This document shows positions 50,057-60,000 of a stretch of DNA of 64,000 nt, in pieces. Every line of letters starts with the position of its first letter. Position 1 is the first letter of the stretch. The notes under the pieces are model-generated. The model made no database searches, had not been told where the DNA came from, and saw only the letters and a list, made by a program, of their open reading frames with translations. The position numbers and the translations under genes were made by a program. Source of the DNA: Phycisphaerales bacterium (GTDB lineage Bacteria > Planctomycetota > Phycisphaerae > Phycisphaerales > UBA1924); NCBI GenBank assembly GCA_965227775.1, contig OZ245777.1:352001-416000 (forward strand), read 5' to 3'.

Positions 50057-51619
50057 ATGATCCCAACCCCACATGACGAAGTCGTCCTGATCGTCGACTT
50101 CGGCTCGCAGACGGCCCAGCTCATCGCCCGCCGCTGTCGCGAGCTCGGCGTGTGCGCCGTGATGGTCTCGCCCAAGGCCACCGCGGCCGAATTGGCCGAG
50201 GCGAACCCGAAGGCCATCATCCTCTCGGGCGGTCCGGCCAGCATCGAAGACGACGGCGCGCCCGCGCTCGCCGAAGGCATCCTGGACATGGGTCTGCCGG
50301 TGCTTGGCATCTGCTACGGCATGCAGATTGGCTGCCACCGGCTGGGCGCACACGTCGAGAAGGCCGACCATCGTGAGTTCGGGCGCGCGGCGCTCGAGGT
50401 CGCCGACGGCAGCGGCCTCCTTGGAGCCATCCCGAGCAAGACGACCGTGTGGATGTCGCACGGCGATCAGATCAGCGAGCTCAAGAGCCACGGGTTCAAG
50501 ATCCTCGCGCGCACCCCAACGTGCCCCGCGGCCGCCGTCGCCCACGTGCAGGACGGCGTGCGGTTCTATGGCGTGCAGTTTCACCCCGAGGTGACGCACA
50601 CGCCGCACGGCATCGACATCCTGCGAAACTTCCTGTTCGAGATCTCCGGCTGCAAGGGCACGTGGCGGATGGCCGACTTTGCGCAAGCCCAGCAGGAACG
50701 CATCGCGGAGGTCGTCGGCGACCAGCGGGTGATCTGCGGGCTCTCGGGCGGGGTCGACTCGGCCGTGTGCGCCGCGCTGCTGCACAAGTCGATCGGCGAT
50801 CGGCTGACGTGCGTCTTCGTCGACACGGGCTTGCTTCGCAAGAAGGAGCGCGAGCTGGTCGAGACGACGTTCCGCGACCACTTCGACGCCGACCTGCGCG
50901 TCGTCGATGCGGCCGACGACTTCCTTGGCGACCTCGCGGGCGTGACCGATCCGCAGGAGAAGCGGCGGCTCATCGGCCATCGGTTCATCGAGGTGTTCAA
51001 GGACACCGCCAAGGACATCCCGGGCGCGACGGTGCTTGCGCAGGGCACGCTGTACCCCGACGTCATCGAGAGCGGCCAGGGCCACGGCGGCGTGTCGGCC
51101 ACCATCAAGCTGCACCACAACGTTGGCGGCCTGCCCGCCGAACTCGGCTTCGCACTGGTCGAGCCCTTACGAGACCTCTTCAAGGACGAGGTTCGCACGC
51201 TTGGCGAAGTGCTGGGCCTACCGAGCCAAATGGTCTGGCGGCACCCCTTCCCCGGCCCGGGTCTGGCGGTACGCGTGCTGGGCGAGGTGACGCGCGACAA
51301 GCTCGCCGTGCTGCGAGAGTGCGACGAGATCCTGCTCGAGGAGATCATCTCGGCCCAGCTCTACCGGCAGACCAGTCAGGTCTTCGCCGTGCTGCTGCCC
51401 GTGCAGAGCGTTGGCGTGATGGGCGACGGCCGCACGTACGAGAACGCCGTCGCGATCCGCGCCGTCGAGAGCGAGGACTTCATGACCGCCGACTGGGCGC
51501 GCCTGCCCTACGACGTGCTGGGCCGCATCAGCAACCGCATCATCAACGAGGTCCGCGGCGTGAACCGCGTTGTCTACGACATCTCGAGCAAGCCGCCCGC
51601 GACGATCGAGTGGGAGTAA
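50057..51619 (+). CDS. guaA: GMP synthase (glutamine-hydrolysing)
   Basis: [40 protein letters not shown]. Confidence 0.98.
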   Translation: MIPTPHDEVVLIVDFGSQTAQLIARRCRELGVCAVMVSPKATAAELAEANPKAIILSGGPASIEDDGAPALAEGILDMGLPVLGICYGMQIGCHRLGAHVEKADHREFGRAALEVADGSGLLGAIPSKTTVWMSHGDQISELKSHGFKILARTPTCPAAAVAHVQDGVRFYGVQFHPEVTHTPHGIDILRNFLFEISGCKGTWRMADFAQAQQERIAEVVGDQRVICGLSGGVDSAVCAALLHKSIGDRLTCVFVDTGLLRKKERELVETTFRDHFDADLRVVDAADDFLGDLAGVTDPQEKRRLIGHRFIEVFKDTAKDIPGATVLAQGTLYPDVIESGQGHGGVSATIKLHHNVGGLPAELGFALVEPLRDLFKDEVRTLGEVLGLPSQMVWRHPFPGPGLAVRVLGEVTRDKLAVLRECDEILLEEIISAQLYRQTSQVFAVLLPVQSVGVMGDGRTYENAVAIRAVESEDFMTADWARLPYDVLGRISNRIINEVRGVNRVVYDISSKPPATIEWE

Positions 51620-51621
51620 GC

Positions 51622-51660
51622 AAAAAAAACGGGCCCGCGCCTTGGGGACGCGGGCCCGCT
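51622..51660 (-). terminator. Intrinsic terminator between the convergent guaA and FG-repeat genes
   Basis: CGGGCCCGCG-loop-CGCGGGCCCG hairpin with an 8-T tract on the minus strand. Confidence 0.85.
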
Positions 51661-51684
51661 TGAAGAAGAAGACTTGGTCATTGA

Positions 51685-52878
51685 TCAGGCGGCGTCGCGC
51701 TGGCTCACGTTGATCGTGGTGCCGGCGGCGTTACGCAGCTCGCTGGGGTTGCCGTGCGAGCCCTGGGCCTGGAAGCCCGTGGGGTACGCGGCCTGGAAGA
51801 TGGGCTGGCCGGTGAACAGGTTGGGCGTGTTGCCGGTGATCGGGCCGTTCCAGCCCTGACCGACGAACTGGCCGCCAACGGGGCTGGCGAATTGGCCGGC
51901 GACGAGCTGCGCGGGCAGCGTGCCGTAGGTGCCGATGCCGGTGGGCGCAAAGCCGGTCTGGCCGAGGCCGAAGCTGGTGTTCAGGGCCGGGTTCGGCGTC
52001 GTGCCGTTGAAGCCGGTGCTCGGGCCGGTGCCGGTGCTGACCGGGGTGCTGCTCGAGTAGCCGTGCACGTTCTGGCCATTCAGGCCGCTGGTGCCAGTGC
52101 TCACGCCGCCAAAGCCCGTGGTCTGGCCGATGGGCGAGGTGAAGGGAACGCCGGTGTGAGCGGTGAGGCCCGAGCTGATCGGCGAGAAACCGCTCGGGAT
52201 TGGCTGGTTCCAGCTACCGCCGAGGGGTGAAACAAAGTTGCTGGTGATCGGCGAGAAGCCGGTGAAGCCGGTGTTCCAGCCATTCTGGAAGCCGAAGGGG
52301 CTGCTAAACGAGCCGCCGAAGGGCGTGCCACCGAACTGGCCGAAGCTGCCAAAGGGCAGGCCGAACGAACCGGCGAAGGGCGTCGAGAACTGGCTGGTGA
52401 ACGAGCTCGGGAAGCCGCCGAAACGACCACCGAAGATCGACCAATCGCTCTGGGGCTGGCCGCCGAAGCTGCCAGCAAAGCTGCTGCCGAAGGGCGTGCT
52501 GAACGGCGAGAAGCCGCCGAAGGGCAGCTGGCCGAACGAGTTGAAGCCGAAGGACGTGGTGTCGAACGGCGTGCCGCCAAAGGGCGCGAAGCCAAAGGGG
52601 CTCACGGGCGGGGTGAACTGTCCGCCAAAGCCCTGGTTCCAGATGGGCTGGCCGAAGCCGAAGCCGTTCACCGGCGTGGTGAAGGGGCTGAAGCCGCCGA
52701 AGGGCGCGTTGAACGGAGTTCCAAAGCTGTTCGAGAAGCTGTTCGTAAACATGGGGGTCCCAATCTGGCCGAAGCCGCTGGCGAACGGGGTGCTAAACGG
52801 AGACGAGAAGGACGGGGTAATCGGGGCGCCGAAACCAAACGGGGTCGTTGCGAACGAGTTGTTGATCAAGCTGTTCAT
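51685..52878 (-). CDS. Low-complexity Phe/Gly/Ser/Pro/Thr-rich (FG-repeat) protein
   Basis: AGGAG RBS, host-like codon usage, own terminator; repeated FG, PFGG, FSPF and FSTPF motifs; almost no charged residues. Confidence 0.8.
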   Translation of the reverse strand: MNSLINNSFATTPFGFGAPITPSFSSPFSTPFASGFGQIGTPMFTNSFSNSFGTPFNAPFGGFSPFTTPVNGFGFGQPIWNQGFGGQFTPPVSPFGFAPFGGTPFDTTSFGFNSFGQLPFGGFSPFSTPFGSSFAGSFGGQPQSDWSIFGGRFGGFPSSFTSQFSTPFAGSFGLPFGSFGQFGGTPFGGSFSSPFGFQNGWNTGFTGFSPITSNFVSPLGGSWNQPIPSGFSPISSGLTAHTGVPFTSPIGQTTGFGGVSTGTSGLNGQNVHGYSSSTPVSTGTGPSTGFNGTTPNPALNTSFGLGQTGFAPTGIGTYGTLPAQLVAGQFASPVGGQFVGQGWNGPITGNTPNLFTGQPIFQAAYPTGFQAQGSHGNPSELRNAAGTTINVSQRDAA

Positions 52879-53447
52879 GCGGGTGATGCTCCTGCTTTCC
52901 GTGAGGCCGCGCGACATCGCTGACGCCCGGCCGAGCCCTCCGTCGAGCGCGCGACCATCGCGCACCCCCACACCGGGGCCCATGCCTTGGATCTGAACGT
53001 TCCTTCGTGGACTGCGAGCCGGCGTCCGTGCCCTGACTCGCACTCCTTGTTTCGGCAGCACAGCCCGCCGGCTTTGCCCGATCCATAGAAACCGCACGAA
53101 ATTCCATTCACGCGCAGGATTCGCCGGTCAAAGTGCCACCCGACCCGAGCGAATCCGCCGTACTTCCACCCATCGCGGAACAAACGAGGGCCGCCCCGCG
53201 TCCAATCCTGCGGCGGCCTCGCCATCGACCGCCCCCCGCAACCGCTGCCCCACCCGCGTGGTATCAGATGGCGCCCACAACCGGCGGCCCGGAGCCGCCG
53301 ATACGATGGAGGGTGGCCCGCAAGCCGCTCCGCCCACATCGGGGCACACAGAGGGCTCTCGGGCGAGCCCGCCACGCCGGCACACGGACGCCCCGCTTTC
53401 GTCCGACCCGGCCCGCCCAGTAGCCCGTCCGATAAAGGAGGCACCAC

Positions 53448-54389
53448 ATGCGTCGCCTGACTTCGAAGTTCACCGCTCCCGCCATCGGCCTCAGTGCGCT
53501 GCTCGCCGCTTCGGCAGCCGCCCAGCAGAGCCCCACCGGCACGACCTCTACCCGAGAGGCGGGCGCTCCGGCACAAGTGACCGCTGGCGCTCGGCCCGAG
53601 CGTGTGACCCTCGCCCGCATGATGACGCCGCTGACGGCCGACTTCCAAGACCAGCCGCTGCAGGACGTGATGAACTACATCGTGCAGCAGACCGGGGCCA
53701 ACCTGGAGATCTTCTGGCTCGACGAGCGCACCGGCACGGGCCTGGACCCCGAGCAGACGATCACCCTGAAGGTCGAGAACCTGCCGGCCATCACCGTGCT
53801 CGAGCGCGTGCTCGCCAAGGCCGAAGACGCCTTCGGTAGCGGCAACAACTGGCAGCTGACCGAGTGGGGCGAGATGCAGGTGGGCCCGACCACGCGCCTG
53901 AACCGTTTCAACCGTACCGAGATCTACGACATCAACGATCTGCTGCTCGTGCTGCCCGAGTACCCCGAGGTTCCCGAGATCGACCTGCAGCAGGCCTTGC
54001 AGAGCAGCCAGGGCGGCGGCGGGCAGAGCCCCTTCTCCGACCAGGGCGATAGCGAGATCGACGAAGAGCCCATCGAGGACCGCGCCGAGGAGATCATCAG
54101 CCTTATCGAGGATCTCGTCGAGCCCGACCACTGGATCGAGAACTCGCGGGCATCGATCCGCTACTTCAAGGGCACGCTCATCGTGCGGGCGCCCGACTAC
54201 GTACACCGCGGCATCGTCGGCTACACTTACTGGCCAACGCGTCGCATCAGCGCGGTCGTCGAGGGGCGCCGGTACGTCACCATGGGCGTCGACACCGGCA
54301 TCTCGACCATCGACGGCTTCGGCCAGCAACCCGTCAGCGCGGTTGTCGGCGGCCGGATCATCTCGAGCGGCCCCGGTGGCGGCGGCTAA
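53448..54389 (+). CDS. Secreted hypothetical protein with secretin-N/STN-like domains
   Basis: AAGGAGG RBS; signal peptide; DFQDQPLQDVM, IYDINDLL, LVEPDHW, GTLIVRAP patterns. Confidence 0.7.
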   Translation: MRRLTSKFTAPAIGLSALLAASAAAQQSPTGTTSTREAGAPAQVTAGARPERVTLARMMTPLTADFQDQPLQDVMNYIVQQTGANLEIFWLDERTGTGLDPEQTITLKVENLPAITVLERVLAKAEDAFGSGNNWQLTEWGEMQVGPTTRLNRFNRTEIYDINDLLLVLPEYPEVPEIDLQQALQSSQGGGGQSPFSDQGDSEIDEEPIEDRAEEIISLIEDLVEPDHWIENSRASIRYFKGTLIVRAPDYVHRGIVGYTYWPTRRISAVVEGRRYVTMGVDTGISTIDGFGQQPVSAVVGGRIISSGPGGGG

Positions 54390-54451
54390 GGCCCCACCAC
54401 AACTCGGATCGCAACAAGTCTGACACGTAGGCTCTGCCAAGGAGATCATCC

Positions 54452-54889
54452 ATGGCAGAGCCTCGCGTCGTTCGGGTCAGCATCGGCAAGGACCACTACC
54501 ACACCGATATCACCGCCGGCGGGCACACGATGGTGGCCGACGAGCCCGAGGGCGTTGGCGGGACGGACCACGGACCGGACCCCTACGCGCTGCTGCTCGC
54601 AGCCGTCGGCGCGTGCAAGGCGATCACTGTTCGCATGTACGCCGATCGCAAGCAGTGGCCGCTCGAGCGGCTCGAGCTCGACCTGTCGCACGACCGGGTG
54701 CACACCAAGGACTGTGAAGACTGCGAGCAGGAAGACGGCGTGATCAGCGTCATCGACTGCCGACTACGCGCAATCGGTGACCTGAGTGATGAGCAGCGGG
54801 GCCGGCTGGTCGAGATCGCCAACATGTGCCCCGTGCACAAGACCATCGACGGGCCGAACCACCTGCGGACAACACTCATCAACGAGTAG
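54452..54889 (+). CDS. OsmC family protein
   Basis: ADEP..VGG.D.GPDPY.LL.AAVGAC, CPVHKT. Confidence 0.9.
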   Translation: MAEPRVVRVSIGKDHYHTDITAGGHTMVADEPEGVGGTDHGPDPYALLLAAVGACKAITVRMYADRKQWPLERLELDLSHDRVHTKDCEDCEQEDGVISVIDCRLRAIGDLSDEQRGRLVEIANMCPVHKTIDGPNHLRTTLINE

Positions 54890-54892
54890 GAA

Positions 54893-56044
54893 TCAGCCGT
54901 CGGTCGGCTGTTCGAGCGTGGGCTGCGGGGCGGTTTGCGGCTGCGGCGGGTTGTGCCAGAGCGCGAGGTAGACCCACACGCACGTCGCAAGAAAGGCCTG
55001 CACCAGCGCGACCCAACCGACGATCTGCTTGAGCTGCGGCTTGCCATCGAGCGGCGTGCTGGCGCGGCGGGCGCCGGCGACCATCGCGGTGCCCGTCCGG
55101 CTCGCGGCACGCACCACAACCGGCTTCGCAACAACGAGCGCCCGCTCGGCAGCCGCCCGCCACTTGGGCTTATCGACCACGGGAACCACCGCCGCAGCGG
55201 GTGTGGCCGCGGGTGGCTCAGGCTTCGTCTCGGGCTGGGGCGTTGGCTCGGGTGTGGACGCGGGTGCCGGCTCCGACGCTGCGGCCTCGATGGGCTGCGC
55301 CTCGATCTGCGGCTCGGGCGCCGGCGAGGGCAAGGTCGGCTCGGGCTCCGGCGCGGGCTCATCGGCTTCGAGCTGCGCATCGGCGAGCGCGGCGAGCTGC
55401 TCGTCGAGCTCGCCGATGAGTTCGGCCTCGTCGGTCGGCAGGTTGGACGTGCGCTCGGGCGGGGTAGACGGGGCAAGCAACTCCGCCTCGGCTGCCGAGT
55501 CTGTGTCGTCGTCGGGCAGCTCGACCGGGTCGGCAGACTCGTCGATGCCCATCTCGCCGACAGGGTCTTCGAACACGCCCGAGGCCAGCAGCGACTCAAG
55601 CTCTTCGTCGAGTTCTCGTTCGAGGTCGGCCGAAGCGACCGGCGCACCATCGATGTCGTCGCTCGCCGGTTTGGGCGCCTGCTGTTCGGGCTCGATGAGC
55701 AGCCCGTCGTCGAGCACGGGTTCGGCTTCGTCTTGCTGCTCTGCCAACTGCTCCGAGAGCTCTTCTGGCTGGGCCGCGTGGGCCTCAGGCTCAGTCGCCT
55801 GCGGTTCTTCGACCACCTGCTGTTCGGGCTCGTCCGTAGCCTGGACAGGTGCTGGCTCGGTCTTCGTAACTGCCTGTGGCTCGAGCGCAGGCTGCTTGGG
55901 CCTGGGGGGTGGCGGCGCGTCCTCATCGAGGGACGCACTCGCGCGCGCGACCTCCTGAGACGACTCTTCCAGCGCGTCGAGCAGGGCATCAAGGCGCTCG
56001 CCGATATCCTCAATCTTCGAGATGTCTTCGGCGTGGTGTGCCAT
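54893..56044 (-). CDS. Acidic, Pro/Glu-rich hypothetical protein with C-terminal TM
   Basis: Disordered acidic linker with short helical motifs (LDALLDALE, LDEELESLL, LDEQLAALA) and TM IVGWVALVQAFLATCVWVYLALW. Confidence 0.75.
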   Translation of the reverse strand: MAHHAEDISKIEDIGERLDALLDALEESSQEVARASASLDEDAPPPPRPKQPALEPQAVTKTEPAPVQATDEPEQQVVEEPQATEPEAHAAQPEELSEQLAEQQDEAEPVLDDGLLIEPEQQAPKPASDDIDGAPVASADLERELDEELESLLASGVFEDPVGEMGIDESADPVELPDDDTDSAAEAELLAPSTPPERTSNLPTDEAELIGELDEQLAALADAQLEADEPAPEPEPTLPSPAPEPQIEAQPIEAAASEPAPASTPEPTPQPETKPEPPAATPAAAVVPVVDKPKWRAAAERALVVAKPVVVRAASRTGTAMVAGARRASTPLDGKPQLKQIVGWVALVQAFLATCVWVYLALWHNPPQPQTAPQPTLEQPTDG

Positions 56045-56056
56045 GGGCCGCTGCGT

Positions 56057-56084
56057 TCATCGACCGAATCTGACCGCGACTGAA
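56057..56084 (-). promoter_or_regulatory. Possible sigma-28-like promoter
   Basis: Minus strand reads TTCAGTC-N13-GTCGATGA, 12 nt before the ATG at 56044. Confidence 0.45.
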
Positions 56085-56167
56085 GATCTCGGACCTACGA
56101 AGCCTCCGTCCGAGAACCTGCCATCAACCCTAGTAGGCCCAGCGCCAGCCCAGCACCGAGCCACACC

Positions 56168-56899
56168 ATGCACCACGTCATCGTCGATCAACTCGATCCA
56201 GACCAGGCCGAGGTGGCCATTGAAGGAGAGCAGGCCCGGCACGCCGTCCGAGTCCGGCGGATGGAGCCGGGCGAGCGGCTGGTCTTGATGGACGGCGCCG
56301 GCGGGATGGCCGAGGCGGTTGTTGAAGGTTCCGATAAGAATGGGCTAGATTCTTCGTGGCGATTGCTGGTCAGGATCGCCGAACACCGCCGCCTGCCGCG
56401 GCCCAATCCCGCCGTCCACCTGCTCTGCCCGGCCCCCAAGGGCGACCTCCTCGAGACCATGATCGATCAGCTCAGCCAGGTCGGGGCGGCCAGCTGGCGA
56501 CCGCTCGATACCGAGCGCACCGAGCGTGAGCCGCGGCAGGGCAAGATCGATCGGCTCGTCCGCATTACCCACGAGGCGGCCAAGCAGTGTGGGCGGCCGT
56601 GGTTCTTGGACATCGGCACAGGGATTCCCTTTGGGGAGGCCGTACGCCTGCCTGGCGCCGTGATGGCGAGCGCCCATGGAGAGCCGGCAGGGGATGTCCT
56701 TGATCGATTGGCGGCGGGCTCCCCCTCGGAGGACATCCACGTGCTCGTCGGCCCGGAGGGCGGTTTTTCGGATCGTGAGCGAAGCTTGGCGGCCGAAGCC
56801 GGGTTGCCATCGGTGGCCCTGGGGCCCCACGTCCTGCGGATCGGGACGGCCGCAGTGGTCGCGGCGGGCGCGTTCGTGCGGGCAAGCTCGCACCCGTGA
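56168..56899 (+). CDS. rsmE: 16S rRNA m3U1498 methyltransferase
   Basis: HAVRVRR, EAAKQCGR, VGPEGGFS, LGPHVLRIGTA. Confidence 0.93.
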   Translation: MHHVIVDQLDPDQAEVAIEGEQARHAVRVRRMEPGERLVLMDGAGGMAEAVVEGSDKNGLDSSWRLLVRIAEHRRLPRPNPAVHLLCPAPKGDLLETMIDQLSQVGAASWRPLDTERTEREPRQGKIDRLVRITHEAAKQCGRPWFLDIGTGIPFGEAVRLPGAVMASAHGEPAGDVLDRLAAGSPSEDIHVLVGPEGGFSDRERSLAAEAGLPSVALGPHVLRIGTAAVVAAGAFVRASSHP

Positions 56900-57040
56900 C
56901 CGTCCGGTGACGTTCGTTTGGGAACGTCGGGCCGCGCTGGACGTATCCCTGATGGGCGGCGGGCCTGTCAGGCACGCGCGGATTGAACCGATAGCCTCAT
57001 CGAGCGAACGCCGCCGATTCTCAGGATGGGAGCCCGAGCC

Positions 57041-60000
57041 ATGGCCAGCACGCACACCGGACACGCCAGCGCCAAGCGATTGCTCGGACGGCTGACGCGC
57101 ATCAGACGCCAGGCGAAAGTGCTGCTGGTGTCTCGCCGGCTCGGGTGGGCGCTCGCGGGCGTCATCGGAGGGCTGGCGCTGGTCGCGCTGCTCGACTATG
57201 CGGTGCGTCTGCCGAGCTGGGTGCGCTACGCAGCGCTGTTCGGGGCCATCGCCGCGATCGCCTGGGCCCTTGCCAAGCTCGTGTTGCCCGCACTGCGGAT
57301 GCATCCAAGCCTGACCGACCTCGCGCTCCGCCTGGAAAACGGCCGCCCAGAGCTGAAGGGCCGGCTCGCGTCGGCCACCGACCTTGCGAAGGCCGGCTCG
57401 CTCGACGCTCGATACGAGCCGCTGATCGACAATCTCTCGCGCGACGCGTTTCCCGACATGATGAAGCGGCCGCCGACGCTGCGAGCGGGTGGCGTGTTCG
57501 TGCTGGTCGCAGGTTCGATCGCAACATTCTGGATTGCGCGCCCGGAACCGGCTGTGCTTGGCGCCGAGCGCGTGCTCGCGCCGTGGACTGGCATCAAGTG
57601 GCCGTCGCGTACGGCGGTCGAGCTTGCCGGAATGCCGGCGTATCACCCGCTCGGCGATCCGATCGCGATCCGCGGAGAGCTAACGCGTACCGATCGGCCC
57701 GTGGGACGCACGCGTGTTGAAGCCTGGTACACGCTCGATGGTGGTGCGCCGCAGCGGCTTGCACTCACCAGCCAGGGCGCGCCCACGGATGGCGATAGCC
57801 CGGAAGTCTACGAGCGGCTGGTCAACCCGGCGGCCGAGGCACTGCGACAAACCCAGCGCGTGACGATGGAGCTATGGCTGCAGACGCGTGACGATCGGAC
57901 CGAGACGACGACCGTCGAGCTCGTGCGCCCACCGAGGGTGATCCGCGCAAGCGCGCTCGTTGAGCCGCCGGCGTACGCCGAGCGCGCGTCGAGCGCCCGC
58001 GTGCTGGGCCTCGGCGAGCGACGCGATCGCGTGCCGCTGGCGATGGGCGGCGAGGACACCGCGGTGCTCGGGCCGGTGCTGGCCGGTTCGACCGTCGAGT
58101 TCGACCTGCGATTCAGCACCGCTGCAGCTCCTGAGCTCTCGGTCGACGCCACCGACGAAACTGGCGAACGCGTGACCTCGAGCATCGAGCCGATGGCCGA
58201 TGGACTGGGCGCGATTGTCCGCGTCGGCGCTGAGATCCCGGCGTTGCTGTCGATCGAGCTGCGCGACGAGCTCGGCATCCCTTCGACGCGGCCGTTGGTG
58301 ATTGCCCTCGACGTGCTGGCCGACGCCGACCCGACAGCGGCCGTGCTCGAGCCGGCACAGGACGAGTCGGTGCTGCCCACCGCAACGCTCGCGATGGTTG
58401 GCGAGGGTCGCGACGACTTTGGGCTGGTGTCGGTCGAGCTGCTCGCCCAGCGCGCGACACCACCGGCCGGTAGCCAGGGGGCGCCGCCCGAGCCCGTGGG
58501 CGAGATCGTCACGCTCGCAACGTGGGGCGACGAGACCGCACCGCTGGAGGCACGCGCCGCCGCGGTTGTCGAGCTGGCAGACTTCGACTTGACGCCCGGC
58601 GATGAGCTGCTCGTGCACGCGCTCGCGATGGACCTGCGTCGCGGCGAGCCGACCGAGTCGGCCATTCGACGCCTGCGCATCATCGGTGAGACCGAGCTCG
58701 TCGAGCAATTGCGCGCGGAGATGTCGGCCGTGCGCGAGAGCGCCAAGCGGCTCGACCGCACCCAGCGGGATGTGCTCGACGAGGCCGCCCAGCTGGGCGA
58801 GGCGAGGGCATCGCAAGACGACGCCGAGCTTGCGCGCGAGCAGGGTGACCTGACAAGCCAACTCTCGCGGCAGGCCGAAACGGTGCGCGAGATCGCGGAC
58901 CGCATGGAGCGCAACGCGCTCGACGACGAAGCACTCGCCGAACTCTTGCGGATGGCAAGAGAGCATCTGAACGCCGCGGCCGAGCAATCGGACCGGGCAC
59001 AGGCATCACTTGGTGAATCGAGCGAGTCACAGGAAGCCGGCGAGCAGCAGCAGTCTCGCGACACTGCGCAGCGGGCGCAAGAACGCGTGCGCGACGAGTT
59101 GGGGGGATTGGTCGGCCTGCTCAGCCGCGACGAGGACGAGTGGCTCGCACGGCGTGACCTGGACCGGCTGATCGAGCAGCAGCGTGAATTGCAGGAGCAG
59201 ACGCGACAGGCCGAAGCCGAGAGCGCGGGTCGCTCGCTTGATGAGCTGACCCAGGAGGCGCGCTCGCGTGTCGAGCAGATCGCCCAGCGGCAGGCCGAGC
59301 TCGCGCGGCGTGCGCAGGACGCGATCGATCAACTTGCCGATCGGGCCGAGGCCATCGCCGAGAGCGATCCGGCCCGTGCCGAGACGCTGCGCGATGCGGC
59401 CCAGCGCGGGCGCGAGGGTGAGGCCCCACGCGAGATGCAGCAGGCCGCCCAGCAAGCCCAGCAGAATCAGATGTCGTCGGCCCAACAGAGCCAACAGCGT
59501 GCGCTCGACGCGCTCGAAGAGATGACCGATCGACTGGACGAGGCGGGGCAAGACCGGGATGCCGAGCTCCGCCGCGTGCTGGCCGAACTCTCTGCGGCTA
59601 TCGAGGCGTTGATCTCCCGGCAAACAGATGAGATCGCGCGGCTCGAGGTCGCGCAGGTGTCGCGGATGTTCGACGGGCTGGATCGCACGATGATCGGCAT
59701 CTCTCGCGACACGGCGGCGCTCGCCGAAGACCGCGCCTCGAGCGATGAGTCGCTCGCCGGGATTGCGCGAAAGTTACTCGACGCCGCCGAAGCGCAGGAC
59801 GCGGCGATCGTCGCGCTGCGTGCGCAGCCGATCGATGATACCGAGGCGCTCTTGCAAGAGCGTGCGAGTCTTGAGCGATTGGAATCGGCGCTTGAGGAAG
59901 CGCAGATGCTCGATCAGCAAGCGCAGCAGCGCGAATTGGAGCGGCAGCGGCGCGAGCTGCGCAAGGCGTATGCCGAAGCGCTGGCGGGCCAGGCGTCGCT

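Noticed and set aside
49979..51118. Long minus-strand ORF (496 aa) overlapping guaA
   Set aside because: Antisense to guaA; only the distal 49628-49978 part looks like a real lipoprotein gene
52163..52996. Plus-strand Lys/Pro-rich 277-aa ORF
   Set aside because: Antisense shadow of the FG-repeat gene, which has the RBS, codon bias and terminator
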